Assembly (NCBI GenBank): GCA_963621145.1
Contig: CAVFDI010000001.1
Span: forward strand, 79,066 to 143,065
Direction of reading: 5' to 3'
DNA length: 64,000 nucleotides
From: Paludibacteraceae bacterium
GTDB taxonomy: Bacteria > Bacteroidota > Bacteroidia > Bacteroidales > Paludibacteraceae
The notes below the pieces were generated by a model. It did not search any database. It had not been told where the DNA came from and saw nothing but the letters and a program-made list of their open reading frames with translations. Positions 35,140 to 43,975 of the stretch are shown one piece after another. Numbering within the stretch: the first letter of the stretch is position 1; every line of letters starts with the position of its first letter. A program made the translations under genes and the position numbers.

Positions 35140-36072
35140 TTGAAAGCAAATAACCAAACTATCCTTCGCGGACGCTTTGCACCGTCGCCTACGGGGCGCA
35201 TGCACTTGGGAAATGTGTACACGGCACTACTCTCGTGGCTGGCAGCGAAAGCCGAGGGCGGCGAGTGGATTTTGCGCATCGAAGACCTCGACCCACAACG
35301 CAGTAAAGCGGTATTCGCCGAGCAGATCGAAGACGACCTGCACTGGCTCGGGCTCGATTGGGATGCGGGTGGCAACTGCAGTGGATTTCGCCAGAGCGAG
35401 CGCACCGAAATCTATGCGCAATACTATCAGATTCTGAAAGATAAAGGGCTGATTTATCCCTGTTTTTGCAGTCGCGCCGACATAGCCGCAGCGCAAGCAC
35501 CTCACGCCACCGACCATCACGGCGTGTATGTTGGCACTTGCCGAAATCTTACGGAAACGGAGCGTGCCGCGCGCGCTGATAAGCGTCAACCTGCCATGCG
35601 ATTGATGGTTCCAGACGAAGAAATTGCATTTCTCGATGGACATTACGGGGCGCAGCGTGCCAATCTGCAGCAGGCGTGCGGCGACTTTGTGGTGCGCCGA
35701 GCCGATGGTGTGTTTGCCTACCAACTGGCAGTGGTGGTGGACGATGCGCTGATGGGCGTGAACCAAGTGGTGCGCGGCAACGACCTGCTAGCCTCTACAC
35801 CGCAGCAAATCTATCTCTATCGACTTTTGGGTTTCGACGAGCCGCAATTCTTTCACTTGCCTTTGCTTTGCAATGCCACTGGCGCGCGCCTCTGCAAACG
35901 CGACCGCAGCCTCGACCTTGGCGAGTTGCGCAAAAACTATTCAGCCGAAGAGATTATTGGACGTTTGGCATTTGTCGCAAATCTGATTGACCGCCCAGAA
36001 CCAATCACTCCGCGCGAACTTGTGCCGCTGTTCAGCTGGCCGAAAATTCCGAAGGAAAATGTCATAGTATAA
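35140..36072 (+). CDS. gluQ: glutamyl-Q tRNA(Asp) synthetase (GluQRS)
   Basis: RFAPSPTGRMHLGN (HIGH-type), a truncated GluRS catalytic domain of ~310 aa, and VVDDALMGVNQVVRGNDL. A TTG start is the only in-frame option. Confidence 0.85.
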   Translation: MKANNQTILRGRFAPSPTGRMHLGNVYTALLSWLAAKAEGGEWILRIEDLDPQRSKAVFAEQIEDDLHWLGLDWDAGGNCSGFRQSERTEIYAQYYQILKDKGLIYPCFCSRADIAAAQAPHATDHHGVYVGTCRNLTETERAARADKRQPAMRLMVPDEEIAFLDGHYGAQRANLQQACGDFVVRRADGVFAYQLAVVVDDALMGVNQVVRGNDLLASTPQQIYLYRLLGFDEPQFFHLPLLCNATGARLCKRDRSLDLGELRKNYSAEEIIGRLAFVANLIDRPEPITPRELVPLFSWPKIPKENVIV

Positions 36073-36075
36073 AAC

Positions 36076-36116
36076 AAGCGATGCCGCCCAAATGAGCAGC
36101 ATCGCTTCTGTTTTCG
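36076..36116. terminator. bidirectional hairpin between convergent genes
   Basis: aagcgatgc / gcatcgctt 9-bp stem followed by ctgtttt. Confidence 0.6.
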
Positions 36117-36130
36117 GAGAAATTTGCCGA

Positions 36131-37093
36131 TTAGATGTTCAGCAAATCAATCTCTTTCGATTCGTATATATTTTCTTCTTGAGTTTTGAAGTCGATGTAA
36201 GGTATTTGTACTTTGGCCTTGTTGTTACCCGTGAAGATAAGCGTAAACTTGAAATTTATTGGGTAAGACATTTTAACCAACTCAGCATATTCAAAATTTG
36301 GGAAGAACTCGTCGATGGCGCGTGTGTCGTCGACATAAATTTCGAGCGAACCACTGAGTGGGAAACGTGTGCCAACGTTCACAACCATTGGGTCGGCTTC
36401 TACAAAATCCACCTTGTAATCGTATTTGCCGGCAGTTTTACCCTCTTGGTCTCCCGTAATAGAATAGGTGTGTTTGGTAACATCTTTATTGCCTTCGCCT
36501 TCTATCCAAGTGCGAAAGGTCTGCTCAGAAAACTCAAACGATTTTTCGCCCGAAATCAGAGTAAATTTGCCATCGACTATAAACATGCAGTGGTTCAGGC
36601 TGTCGCGACCACCATTTTCGATATACATGGTGTCGTTGCACTCGAGTTTCACGTCGTCTACATACCAATCGGTAAAAGTGGCTGCCATTTTTGTGCCTTC
36701 GCTTTCGTAAGCGCCATCGGCCCAGACTTTCAGCACACCGCGGTGGTTGCGGCCATCTTTGCCAAGCACATTCTTGGTGCCATAGTCGATGGTTACAATT
36801 ACTGGGAAGTTGTAATCGTGGTCTACAAACTGCACATCAATTTTTGGGAATGTGTCGACTTCGGCAGCAGCAGGAGCAGCAGCAGGAGCAGCAGCCGTTT
36901 TTGTTTGTACCGTAGCCACACCATTGGCCGATTCGGTAACAGCGTTGGTAACCAAAGCCGAAGCAGTGAGATACTGCGTGAGAGCGGAACCTGTGGTAAG
37001 TTTGTCCTGAGTCTCAGTTTTTGGCTCATCTTTTTTGTTGCAGCCAACCAAAACTACGGCCAGTATTGCAACTGCATAAAGCATTTTTTTCAT
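36131..37093 (-). CDS. hypothetical lipoprotein with an Ala/Pro linker
   Basis: ORF trimmed to MKKMLYAVAILAVVLVGC (lipobox). Has a TAAAPAAAPAAAE linker. No family recognised. Confidence 0.6.
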   Translation of the reverse strand: MKKMLYAVAILAVVLVGCNKKDEPKTETQDKLTTGSALTQYLTASALVTNAVTESANGVATVQTKTAAAPAAAPAAAEVDTFPKIDVQFVDHDYNFPVIVTIDYGTKNVLGKDGRNHRGVLKVWADGAYESEGTKMAATFTDWYVDDVKLECNDTMYIENGGRDSLNHCMFIVDGKFTLISGEKSFEFSEQTFRTWIEGEGNKDVTKHTYSITGDQEGKTAGKYDYKVDFVEADPMVVNVGTRFPLSGSLEIYVDDTRAIDEFFPNFEYAELVKMSYPINFKFTLIFTGNNKAKVQIPYIDFKTQEENIYESKEIDLLNI

Positions 37094-37218
37094 TGTCGTA
37101 TGAATTTTAAAAATTATTTTATCCTCGAATTTCGTTGCAAAGTTACTCACTTAAGTGTAAATGAGCAAAATTATTTGTGTTAATTTTTCGTTGATGAATT
37201 TTTATGGCAAAAAATTCG

Positions 37219-38130
37219 TCAGTTTTCCCCGATTAAAAGGCGGTTTCGGTCAATTTCAATTTGATGTTCAAGTTCGGTAAGCGAGGCAAATTTTTGCTCA
37301 TCGCGCAGGCGGTGTTGTACTTTTATTGTCAGATTTTTCCCGTAAATGTCGCCATCGAAGTCGATGATGTGCGCCTCCACGGTCTGTTCGTTGCCCGAAA
37401 TGGTCGGTCGCGTGCCAATGTTGAGAAGTCCGCTGTGTTTTTTTTCAAAAATGTCTGTTTCGATGGCATAAACACCGCCGCGAGGTAACAATTTGCGTGG
37501 CGCAACAGCCAAATTTGCCGTTGGAAAACCAATGGTGCGCCCAATGGCCTGCCCGTGCTGCACTGTGCCCGACAGCGTGTAGTCGTAGCCCAACAGCGCG
37601 TTGGCTTGCTCTATTTTTCCTTCTGCCAAAAGTTGACGAATGATGCGCGAACCAACGATTTTTCCATCCATTTTCAATGGTTCGGCTTGCGCTATTTCTA
37701 CGCCAATTGTTTCTCCAATTTTCTGATAATCAGACAGTTCGTTCAATCCGTCGCTGCCAAAGTGGTGATCGTAGCCCAGCAGCAAATGACGCACGCCAAA
37801 GTGCCGATGCAGCAGCGAAAGAAAATCGCCAGCGGTGAGTTTCACCAGATTTTCGTCGAAATTGAGCATCAGGCAATAGTCGATGCACATTTTTTCGAGA
37901 AGCGTAATTTTTTCGGTGGGAGTGGTGAGCAGTTTTACCTGCGAATTTGGTGAAAGCAGTTGTGCGGGCGAATCGGCAAAAGTTATCACCAAAGTGGGCA
38001 GATTTTTCTCGCTAGCGCAGCGTTTCAGCCTCTCCAACAAAAACTGATGCCCACGGTGCACGCCATCGAAAAAGCCGATGGTAGCGCAAGTTTGGCACTG
38101 CAGCGAATTGATGTTGGAGAGAAGTTGCAT
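37219..38130 (-). CDS. ribF: bifunctional riboflavin kinase / FAD synthetase
   Basis: GFFDGVHRGHQFLL and the C-terminal kinase region GFPTANL...G.Y, 303 aa. Confidence 0.93.
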   Translation of the reverse strand: MQLLSNINSLQCQTCATIGFFDGVHRGHQFLLERLKRCASEKNLPTLVITFADSPAQLLSPNSQVKLLTTPTEKITLLEKMCIDYCLMLNFDENLVKLTAGDFLSLLHRHFGVRHLLLGYDHHFGSDGLNELSDYQKIGETIGVEIAQAEPLKMDGKIVGSRIIRQLLAEGKIEQANALLGYDYTLSGTVQHGQAIGRTIGFPTANLAVAPRKLLPRGGVYAIETDIFEKKHSGLLNIGTRPTISGNEQTVEAHIIDFDGDIYGKNLTIKVQHRLRDEQKFASLTELEHQIEIDRNRLLIGEN

Positions 38131-38262
38131 GAATTTAGTTCGTAAAGTTTATGAAAAAGTGGGTTGATTAGTTGATCAGAAGTTGGAGTTGTTTGCCCAA
38201 TTCTAATTAGATAATTGGGTAATTAAATAATTGGATAATTATTCTGTCATGCTCTCCCCAAA

Positions 38263-38294
38263 ATTCTTAATTCTTAATTCAAAATTCATAATTA
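38263..38294 (-). repeat. heptad tract (GAATTNN)n abutting a stop codon
   Basis: The sense strand reads TAA TTAT GAATTTT GAATTAA GAATTAA GAATTTT GG. Confidence 0.85.
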
Positions 38295-38885
38295 CAATTG
38301 CCCTGCTTCTACCAAAAAGATGATGCGTTCGATGACTTTGTCTTCGCTGCTGTCGCCGAATTTCTTTTTCAGATCGGCACCGAGTAGTTTGGCGAACATC
38401 TGGTAAAATCCAGCCGAAAAACTGCCTCGATAGGCGCGTATGAGTTCGTACGAGCTTGTCTGGCACTCGCGGTCGACTAGCCGAATGAGCAATTTGCCCT
38501 GATTTAGAGTCATCTGCGTGAACTCTTTGTAGTATTTTTTGTAGGTCGACTTTTCCCATTGCCGCATGTAGCGGTCGCGTGCTTTCTTGTCGGGCAGGCG
38601 CATCAGCGTGTCGTTCACCTCTTGCACCAAGCCGCTAATCATCTTCGAATAGGGCAAAACTTTTTTCACGTCGCGCACGGTTCGCCAATAGAAACGTTCT
38701 TCGCGCTTGTTTTTGAACTTCATCGGCGGAAAAACATAGACCGTCGGCAGCTGAAACACCGTGTCGCCGTTGATTATGTGCATCGGCACCACATTGGCAG
38801 CCAAGGGTTGCGTGGCAGGCACTGTGGCGCTCGCCGAAACGGCAAAGATGCACGAAGTGGCTAATATGAGCGAAAGGCGTTTCAT
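38292..38885 (-). CDS. DUF4294-like secreted protein
   Basis: Signal peptide MKRLSLILATSCIFAVSASA. GKLLIRLVDRECQTSSYELIRAYRGSFSAGFYQ...EDKVIERIIFLVEAGQL resembles DUF4294 from memory. Confidence 0.65.
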   Translation of the reverse strand: MKRLSLILATSCIFAVSASATVPATQPLAANVVPMHIINGDTVFQLPTVYVFPPMKFKNKREERFYWRTVRDVKKVLPYSKMISGLVQEVNDTLMRLPDKKARDRYMRQWEKSTYKKYYKEFTQMTLNQGKLLIRLVDRECQTSSYELIRAYRGSFSAGFYQMFAKLLGADLKKKFGDSSEDKVIERIIFLVEAGQL

Positions 38886-38915
38886 GAAAACAGATTGTAG
38901 GTAGATTCTAAAAAT

Positions 38916-38923
38916 TATCTTTG
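38916..38923 (+). promoter_or_regulatory. -7 box TATCTTTG just inside the left IR, reading rightward
   Basis: Consensus TAnnTTTG on the plus strand, which is the strand opposite to all neighbouring genes. Confidence 0.5.
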
Positions 38924-39012
38924 CAAGAATTTTTGAATTATAATCGAGCAGGTTTGATAAAATAGGCTGCGTCTCAGCAATTAAAGTGAACTTTATTGTA
39001 TTCGACTTGCAC

Positions 39013-39020
39013 TATTTTTG
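39013..39020 (+). promoter_or_regulatory. second plus-strand -7 box TATTTTTG inside the IR-bounded segment
   Basis: Consensus TAnnTTTG, 53 nt upstream of a 28-codon ORF (39073..39159). Confidence 0.45.
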
Positions 39021-39226
39021 AAAGAGCTTTTGGAGGCGCAAGGTGGCTTGTAACTGAAAAAACTCGAAAAAGATGCAGATTAGAAACGAAAATTCGCAAA
39101 GAGCAATCAAAACCGCAAAAGCATTTAGAAACTTACCAAAGAAAACAATAAAAGCGTAGAATTTTTAGAATCTACCTGTAGGTAGGTTGAACGCTACAAT
39201 TGTTTGAAAATCAAATTTCGTACCAA

Positions 39227-39724
39227 TCACAAATCGAGCAATCCTTCGGGCAGATTGGTGTGCAGAATTTTGCGTTTGTGGTCGATGTCGGTAATGAACT
39301 CTTCGCACACGGGCATCAGGCGGTCGCCAATGGCAAAAAGCGCATTTGCGGTGCTTTCGTCCACCGCGTCGATGGCACCAATGGTACCAAGCGTTTCGTC
39401 GATCACCGTGAAACCGACAAAATAGTCGAGCGCCAACTGGTCGCTATCTTCTGCCAACGATTTCGGAACAAAAAATTGTTTGTTTGTGAGTATTCTGGCG
39501 GCAGGCTCATTGTCGATGTCGAGAAATTTCACCAACCAAGTGGTGTCGTTCTTCGGTCGCACCGAATCGATAAAAAACGGCACGAAAATGCCATCAATAT
39601 CGAACACAAGGTAGCGGCACGCGTCCCAATCGAGGTCGATGTCGAGCGTGAGAGCCACTTCGCCGCGCACGCCGTGAGTTTTGCCGGTGGCCCCAGCCTG
39701 CATTATTTCGTCTGCTGAAATCAC
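39227..39724 (-). CDS. rimM: 16S rRNA processing protein RimM
   Basis: GKTHGVRGEVALT (RimM N-terminal barrel) and a PRC-barrel-like C-terminus. The GTG start at 39724 overlaps the lgt stop; an alternative ATG is at 39703. Confidence 0.85.
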   Translation of the reverse strand: MISADEIMQAGATGKTHGVRGEVALTLDIDLDWDACRYLVFDIDGIFVPFFIDSVRPKNDTTWLVKFLDIDNEPAARILTNKQFFVPKSLAEDSDQLALDYFVGFTVIDETLGTIGAIDAVDESTANALFAIGDRLMPVCEEFITDIDHKRKILHTNLPEGLLDL

Positions 39725-40623
39725 TTCTTATGTTTTACTGTTTTGTCGTCTGCTAGCACAAACTCCTGTTTGCCACGTTTCAGCGCGCGAACAATGAGCC
39801 AAACGCCCAAAATAACGAACGGTACGCTGAGCCATTGTCCCATGTTGAAAGTCATGTTGGCTTCGAACGCCGATTGGTCGTTTTTGAGCAACTCTATGAT
39901 TTGTCGCGCCAGAAAAATGCCCGTGAAACCAATGCCCGACAGCAGTCCGTAGTATTTTCCGCCCTCTTTGCGCCAATAGAGCCAAATGAGCAGCACTGCC
40001 ACTAAGAGATAAGCCGCTGCTTCGTACAGTTGCGTGGGGTGACAGGGCAGCCATTCGCTCTGCGGACAGCACACTTGTGGCGCAAGGCACTCTTCAAAAT
40101 TGTCGAATGTACCGCAAAATTGCTCTTGTCCGCGTTTGAAGATGAAACCCCACGGCATATCGGTTGGTGTGCCGTAGATTTCGGAGTTCATTAGGTTGCC
40201 AAGGCGAATCATGCAAGCCACGGGCGCGCAACCTATGAAAAGTCGGTCGCCGAGCCACCACATGGGCTGTTTTGTTAGGTAGCGCGACAGCAAATAGCAG
40301 CAAAGCACTATGGCGATGGCGCCGCCGTGACTAGCCAAGCCGCCGTGCCAAATCATGGGTATTTCGGCAAGATTCTCGCGATAATAGTCCCAATCGTAGA
40401 AAAAGACATGCCCCAAGCGCGCGCCAACAATCACGGCCACTACCATCCAGATGAATACTTTATCGAGCCACTCTTCGGGCGCTCCGTCGTGTTTGAAAGT
40501 CTTGCCAATGAGCGTGATGCCCAAGAAAAAGCCAAGTGCGTAAAGCACTCCATACCAGCGCACCTGAATGGGGCCGATGCTAAAAAATACGGGATCGATA
40601 TCCCAAATTATGTTTAACAACAT
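39721..40623 (-). CDS. lgt: prolipoprotein diacylglyceryl transferase
   Basis: VRWYGVLYALGF...GARLGHVFFY...HGGLASHGGAIA...LGNLMNSEIYG. Polytopic membrane protein. Confidence 0.93.
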   Translation of the reverse strand: MLLNIIWDIDPVFFSIGPIQVRWYGVLYALGFFLGITLIGKTFKHDGAPEEWLDKVFIWMVVAVIVGARLGHVFFYDWDYYRENLAEIPMIWHGGLASHGGAIAIVLCCYLLSRYLTKQPMWWLGDRLFIGCAPVACMIRLGNLMNSEIYGTPTDMPWGFIFKRGQEQFCGTFDNFEECLAPQVCCPQSEWLPCHPTQLYEAAAYLLVAVLLIWLYWRKEGGKYYGLLSGIGFTGIFLARQIIELLKNDQSAFEANMTFNMGQWLSVPFVILGVWLIVRALKRGKQEFVLADDKTVKHKK

Positions 40624-40671
40624 CTTTTTTAGTTTGAGTTTAGTGTTTTCAGAAGAACTCGTTTAACCTTG

Positions 40672-40679
40672 CAAAGTTA
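40672..40679 (-). promoter_or_regulatory. -7 box (TAACTTTG on minus strand) for lgt-rimM
   Basis: Plus-strand caaagtta, 49 nt upstream of ATG 40623. Confidence 0.5.
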
Positions 40680-40805
40680 CACTTTTTATTCCAATCGCCG
40701 TGCAAGAGATTTTTGATTTGATGTTATTTTATTGATTATTAGGCAGTTATGTGCTGATGTGCAAATGTTTTTTGATAAAAGTGTGGTCGGCTTAAAAAAA
40801 AGTCG

Positions 40806-40813
40806 TACCTTTG
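40806..40813 (+). promoter_or_regulatory. -7 box TACCTTTG for acpP-fabF
   Basis: Consensus box 66 nt upstream of ATG 40879. Confidence 0.5.
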
Positions 40814-40878
40814 CCGCGGTTTTTGCAAAAATGCGAAACCATTTTTATCGGAAATAATTTATCAAAACCTTTTTAACT

Positions 40879-41118
40879 ATGTCAGAAATAGAAGAAAAAG
40901 CAAAAGCAATCATTGCTGAAAAACTTGGTAAAAAAATCGAAGAAGTGACCAACGAAGCTAGCTTCACTGGCGATCTTGGCGCTGACTCGCTCGACACCGT
41001 TGAGCTGATTATGGACTTCGAGAAACAATTTGGCGTAACTATTCCCGAAGAGGAACAGGAGAAAATCGTTACCGTAGGTGACGCTATTGCCAAAATTGAA
41101 GAGGCCGTCAAGGGCTAA
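40879..41118 (+). CDS. acpP: acyl carrier protein
   Basis: [17 protein letters not shown] phosphopantetheine-attachment motif, 79 aa. Confidence 0.95.
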   Translation: MSEIEEKAKAIIAEKLGKKIEEVTNEASFTGDLGADSLDTVELIMDFEKQFGVTIPEEEQEKIVTVGDAIAKIEEAVKG

Positions 41119-41156
41119 ACTCCACACAGCCCTCGAAAGGGGAAAAATTATCTTTC

Positions 41157-42422
41157 ATGGAATTAAAACGAGTTGTAGTAACGGGACTTGGTGCCGTCAC
41201 TCCTCTTGGCAATACTGTCCCCGAATTGTGGGACAGTGTTGTTAATGGGTGTAGCGGTGCTGCACGCATCACACTGTTCGACCCCGAAAAATTCAGAACG
41301 CAATTTGCCTGCGAAGTCAAAAATTTCGATGCCTCGCAGTTCATCGACCGCAAAGAGTTGCGCAAGATGGAACGCTACGAACAATTTGCCATGGTGGCGG
41401 CCGAACAGGCCATTGCCGACTGCGGCATTGCGCTCGAGCAGGCCAACCGTGACCGCATCGGCGTGATTTTTGGCGTGGGCATTGGCGGACTGAAAGCCTA
41501 CGAAGAGGAGGTGCTCAGTTATGCCGAAACGAGCAAAACCATCGGACCGCGCTTCAATCCTTTTTTGATGACAAAACTCATTCCGAATATGGCGGCTGGG
41601 TTTGTGTCGATAAAATATGGTCTGCGCGGACCAAACTTCACTACTACGGCTGCTTGCGCCTCGTCGAATCTTGCCATGGCCGAAGCCGCTAACTACATTC
41701 GTCTTGGCAAAGTCGATGCCATGGTCGTTGGCGGCGCCGAAGCAGTCATTACCGAGTCGTGCATTGGAGCATTCAATTCCATGAAGGCGCTATCGACCAA
41801 CAACGAAAATGCTGCTACTGCGTCGCGACCATTCAGCCGCAGCCGCGATGGATTTGTGCTGGGCGAGGGTAGCGCAGTGCTCATTCTCGAAGAGTACGAA
41901 CATGCTGTGGCGCGCGGAGCGAAAATCTATGCTGAATTGGCGGGCTACGGACTCAGTGCCGATGCTTACCACATGACTGCTCCCGAACCCGAAGGCGAAG
42001 GCGCTGCACTGGTTATGCGCAATGCCTTGGACGACGCCAACCTTACCACTGCCGACATCGACTACATCAATCTGCACGGCACCTCTACGCCGCTTGGCGA
42101 TGTGGCCGAAATGCGCGCTGTGAAAGCCGTGTTTGGCGACGATGCCTACCGCCTGAACTTGAGTTCTACCAAATCGATGACGGGTCACCTGCTTGGTGGC
42201 GCAGGCGCATTGGAAGCGGTAATCAGCATTTTGGCGATGAACAACAACACAGTGCCGCCAACCATCAACTTCGCCGAGGGTGACGAAGATCCAGACGTCG
42301 ACTACAAACTCAATTTCACATTCAATCACGCTCAAAAACGCGAAATTCGCGCCGTGCTGTCGAACACCTTTGGCTTCGGCGGACACAATGCGTCGGTAAT
42401 ATTTAAGAAAATTAGGAGTTAG
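41157..42422 (+). CDS. fabF: beta-ketoacyl-ACP synthase II
   Basis: TTAACASSNLAM (active-site Cys), INLHGTSTPLGD, KSMTGHLLGGAG and NTFGFGGHNASV. Confidence 0.95.
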   Translation: MELKRVVVTGLGAVTPLGNTVPELWDSVVNGCSGAARITLFDPEKFRTQFACEVKNFDASQFIDRKELRKMERYEQFAMVAAEQAIADCGIALEQANRDRIGVIFGVGIGGLKAYEEEVLSYAETSKTIGPRFNPFLMTKLIPNMAAGFVSIKYGLRGPNFTTTAACASSNLAMAEAANYIRLGKVDAMVVGGAEAVITESCIGAFNSMKALSTNNENAATASRPFSRSRDGFVLGEGSAVLILEEYEHAVARGAKIYAELAGYGLSADAYHMTAPEPEGEGAALVMRNALDDANLTTADIDYINLHGTSTPLGDVAEMRAVKAVFGDDAYRLNLSSTKSMTGHLLGGAGALEAVISILAMNNNTVPPTINFAEGDEDPDVDYKLNFTFNHAQKREIRAVLSNTFGFGGHNASVIFKKIRS

Positions 42423-42453
42423 GAATCATTTGGTGGTGATGACTAAACGACTA

Positions 42454-42488
42454 TTTTTCATTGCTCATTTTTCACTATTCATTTCAGG
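42454..42488 (+). repeat. heptad tract (NNNNTCA)n just upstream of the rnhB ATG
   Basis: TTTTTCA TTGCTCA TTTTTCA CTATTCA TTTCAGG. The TCA ends fall at 42460, 67, 74 and 81. Confidence 0.75.
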
Positions 42489-42491
42489 AAA

Positions 42492-43106
42492 ATGAAGGAA
42501 CATTCGCCTTTGCTGCATTTTTTTAAGCCCGATTGTATCGAAGCGGGCTGCGACGAGGCGGGGCGAGGTTGTTTGGCTGGACCAGTTTTTGCTGCAGCGG
42601 TTATTCTTCCGCCCGATTTCGACCATCCGCTGCTGAATGATAGTAAGCAACTTACTGAGCATCAGCGCGATATGCTGCGCCCAATCATCGAAAAAGAGGC
42701 TGTGGCGTGGGCTGTGGCGCAAGTCTCTGCCAAAGAAATCGACGAGATAAACATTCTCTCGGCCAGCATTTTGGCCATGCACCGCGCCATCGATGCGCTG
42801 AAAGTGCGCCCCGAACATCTCATCATCGACGGCAATCGTTTTCGTCCTTATCACGACATTCCGCATACCACCATTGTGAAAGGCGATGGCAAATATCTGT
42901 CGATTGCCGCTGCTTCGGTGCTTGCCAAAACTCACCGCGACGAATATATGCGCAGCATCGATGCCGATTTTCCGCAATATGCTTGGCGTGTGAACAAGGG
43001 CTACCCAACGGCGGCTCACCGTCGCGCCATCGAACAATATGGCACCACACCGCATCATAGGCTCACTTTTCGACTGCTCGACACACAACTAAAATTCGAT
43101 TTTTAG
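42492..43106 (+). CDS. rnhB: ribonuclease HII
   Basis: [26 protein letters not shown] and [10 protein letters not shown] motifs. Confidence 0.93.
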   Translation: MKEHSPLLHFFKPDCIEAGCDEAGRGCLAGPVFAAAVILPPDFDHPLLNDSKQLTEHQRDMLRPIIEKEAVAWAVAQVSAKEIDEINILSASILAMHRAIDALKVRPEHLIIDGNRFRPYHDIPHTTIVKGDGKYLSIAAASVLAKTHRDEYMRSIDADFPQYAWRVNKGYPTAAHRRAIEQYGTTPHHRLTFRLLDTQLKFDF

Positions 43107-43180
43107 TCCGATTTCGGGCTGTTTTGTGTCAATTCCGCCCTTTTTGGTCGATTTATTGCCTGAATTTCAATAAAAAACAC

Positions 43181-43188
43181 TATTTTTG
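43181..43188 (+). promoter_or_regulatory. -7 box TATTTTTG
   Basis: Consensus box 52 nt upstream of ATG 43240. Confidence 0.5.
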
Positions 43189-43239
43189 CAGCAATTTTTG
43201 AGGCATTCGTGCGTTATATCAACGGCGAATTGTGTATTT

Positions 43240-43917
43240 ATGCTCAAAAATCGACATAGATTGTTAGTTTGTGTGCTTCTCTGCTCGGCTCTCACGACCA
43301 TGGCGCAGCGCAATCCCGACCTTGTGAAATACTATCTGGAGTTCGGGTTGAATGGCGGCAGCGCGTTCTATTTGGGCGACCTGAACACAAAACCGTTTGC
43401 AAACCTTGGTGCTTCGTTTGGCGCGTTTGGTAAATACAAATTTACGGGTCATCACGAATTGGGCATGGAGGTGCGTGGCGGTTGGTCGGGCATAGAAAAG
43501 GTCGATGGGCAGCAGCGCAACACCGATTTTGTAGATGTGAGCGTGCTTTACACCTTCAACTTTTGGAACTATGGCGCGCGACGCTACGAAGAGAATGCTT
43601 CGATAGTTACGCCGTATGTTTTTCTGGGCGTTGGGGCGACCATCTACGATCTCGAGCATACGAAAGTGTGTCCTGCTTTTCCGTTTGGACTCGGCGTGAA
43701 AGTGAAACTCGGTCGTCGCTGGAACATTGGCGCTGCGTGGACAATGCACAAACTTTTCACCGATAATTTCGATGGCGTGGACGACCCCTATCGGCTGAAC
43801 AAAGGCATTTTTAGCAATCGCGATTGGCTATCGACATTTGGACTGTGCCTCTCGTGCGACTTTTTGCAAATATGTGCTCCGTGCCGCAAAATTGAGAAGA
43901 TAAAATCGAAAAGATAA
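43240..43917 (+). CDS. small outer-membrane beta-barrel protein (DUF6089-like)
   Basis: ORF trimmed to MLKNRHRLLVCVLLCSALTTMAQ. YYLEFGLNGGSAFYLGDLN and alternating strands. The position upstream of uppS-bamA matches my recollection of this family's conserved synteny. Confidence 0.55.
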   Translation: MLKNRHRLLVCVLLCSALTTMAQRNPDLVKYYLEFGLNGGSAFYLGDLNTKPFANLGASFGAFGKYKFTGHHELGMEVRGGWSGIEKVDGQQRNTDFVDVSVLYTFNFWNYGARRYEENASIVTPYVFLGVGATIYDLEHTKVCPAFPFGLGVKVKLGRRWNIGAAWTMHKLFTDNFDGVDDPYRLNKGIFSNRDWLSTFGLCLSCDFLQICAPCRKIEKIKSKR

Positions 43918-43929
43918 AATCGAAAAAAT

Positions 43930-43959
43930 ATAAAAGCGTAGAATTTTTAGAACCTACCT
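43930..43959 (+). repeat. solo copy (29/30 identical) of the right end of the 38899..39177 element
   Basis: ataaaagcgtagaatttttagaaCctacct here versus ataaaagcgtagaatttttagaaTctacct at 39148..39177. Confidence 0.85.
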
Positions 43960-43975
43960 AAAACTGAATCCCACC

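Larger units (their letters stand above)
38899..39177. repeat. 279-bp segment bounded by perfect 18-bp inverted repeats (candidate inverton or MITE)
   Basis: Left arm aggtagattctaaaaatt (38899..38916) is the reverse complement of right arm aatttttagaatctacct (39160..39177). The 9-nt direct repeat tgtaggtag occurs at 38896..38904 and 39177..39185. Confidence 0.85.

Noticed and set aside
36092-37183. 363-aa plus-strand ORF overlapping the lipoprotein gene.
   Set aside because: The minus-strand ORF has a clean lipobox signal (MKKMLYAVAILAVVLVGC) and a sensible composition. The plus-strand product is Phe/Val-rich and has no start context.
39200-39718. 172-aa plus-strand ORF downstream of the IR element, considered as a target of its plus-strand promoters.
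   Set aside because: It is exactly antisense to rimM, whose frame has the conserved RimM N-terminus, and its product has no features.
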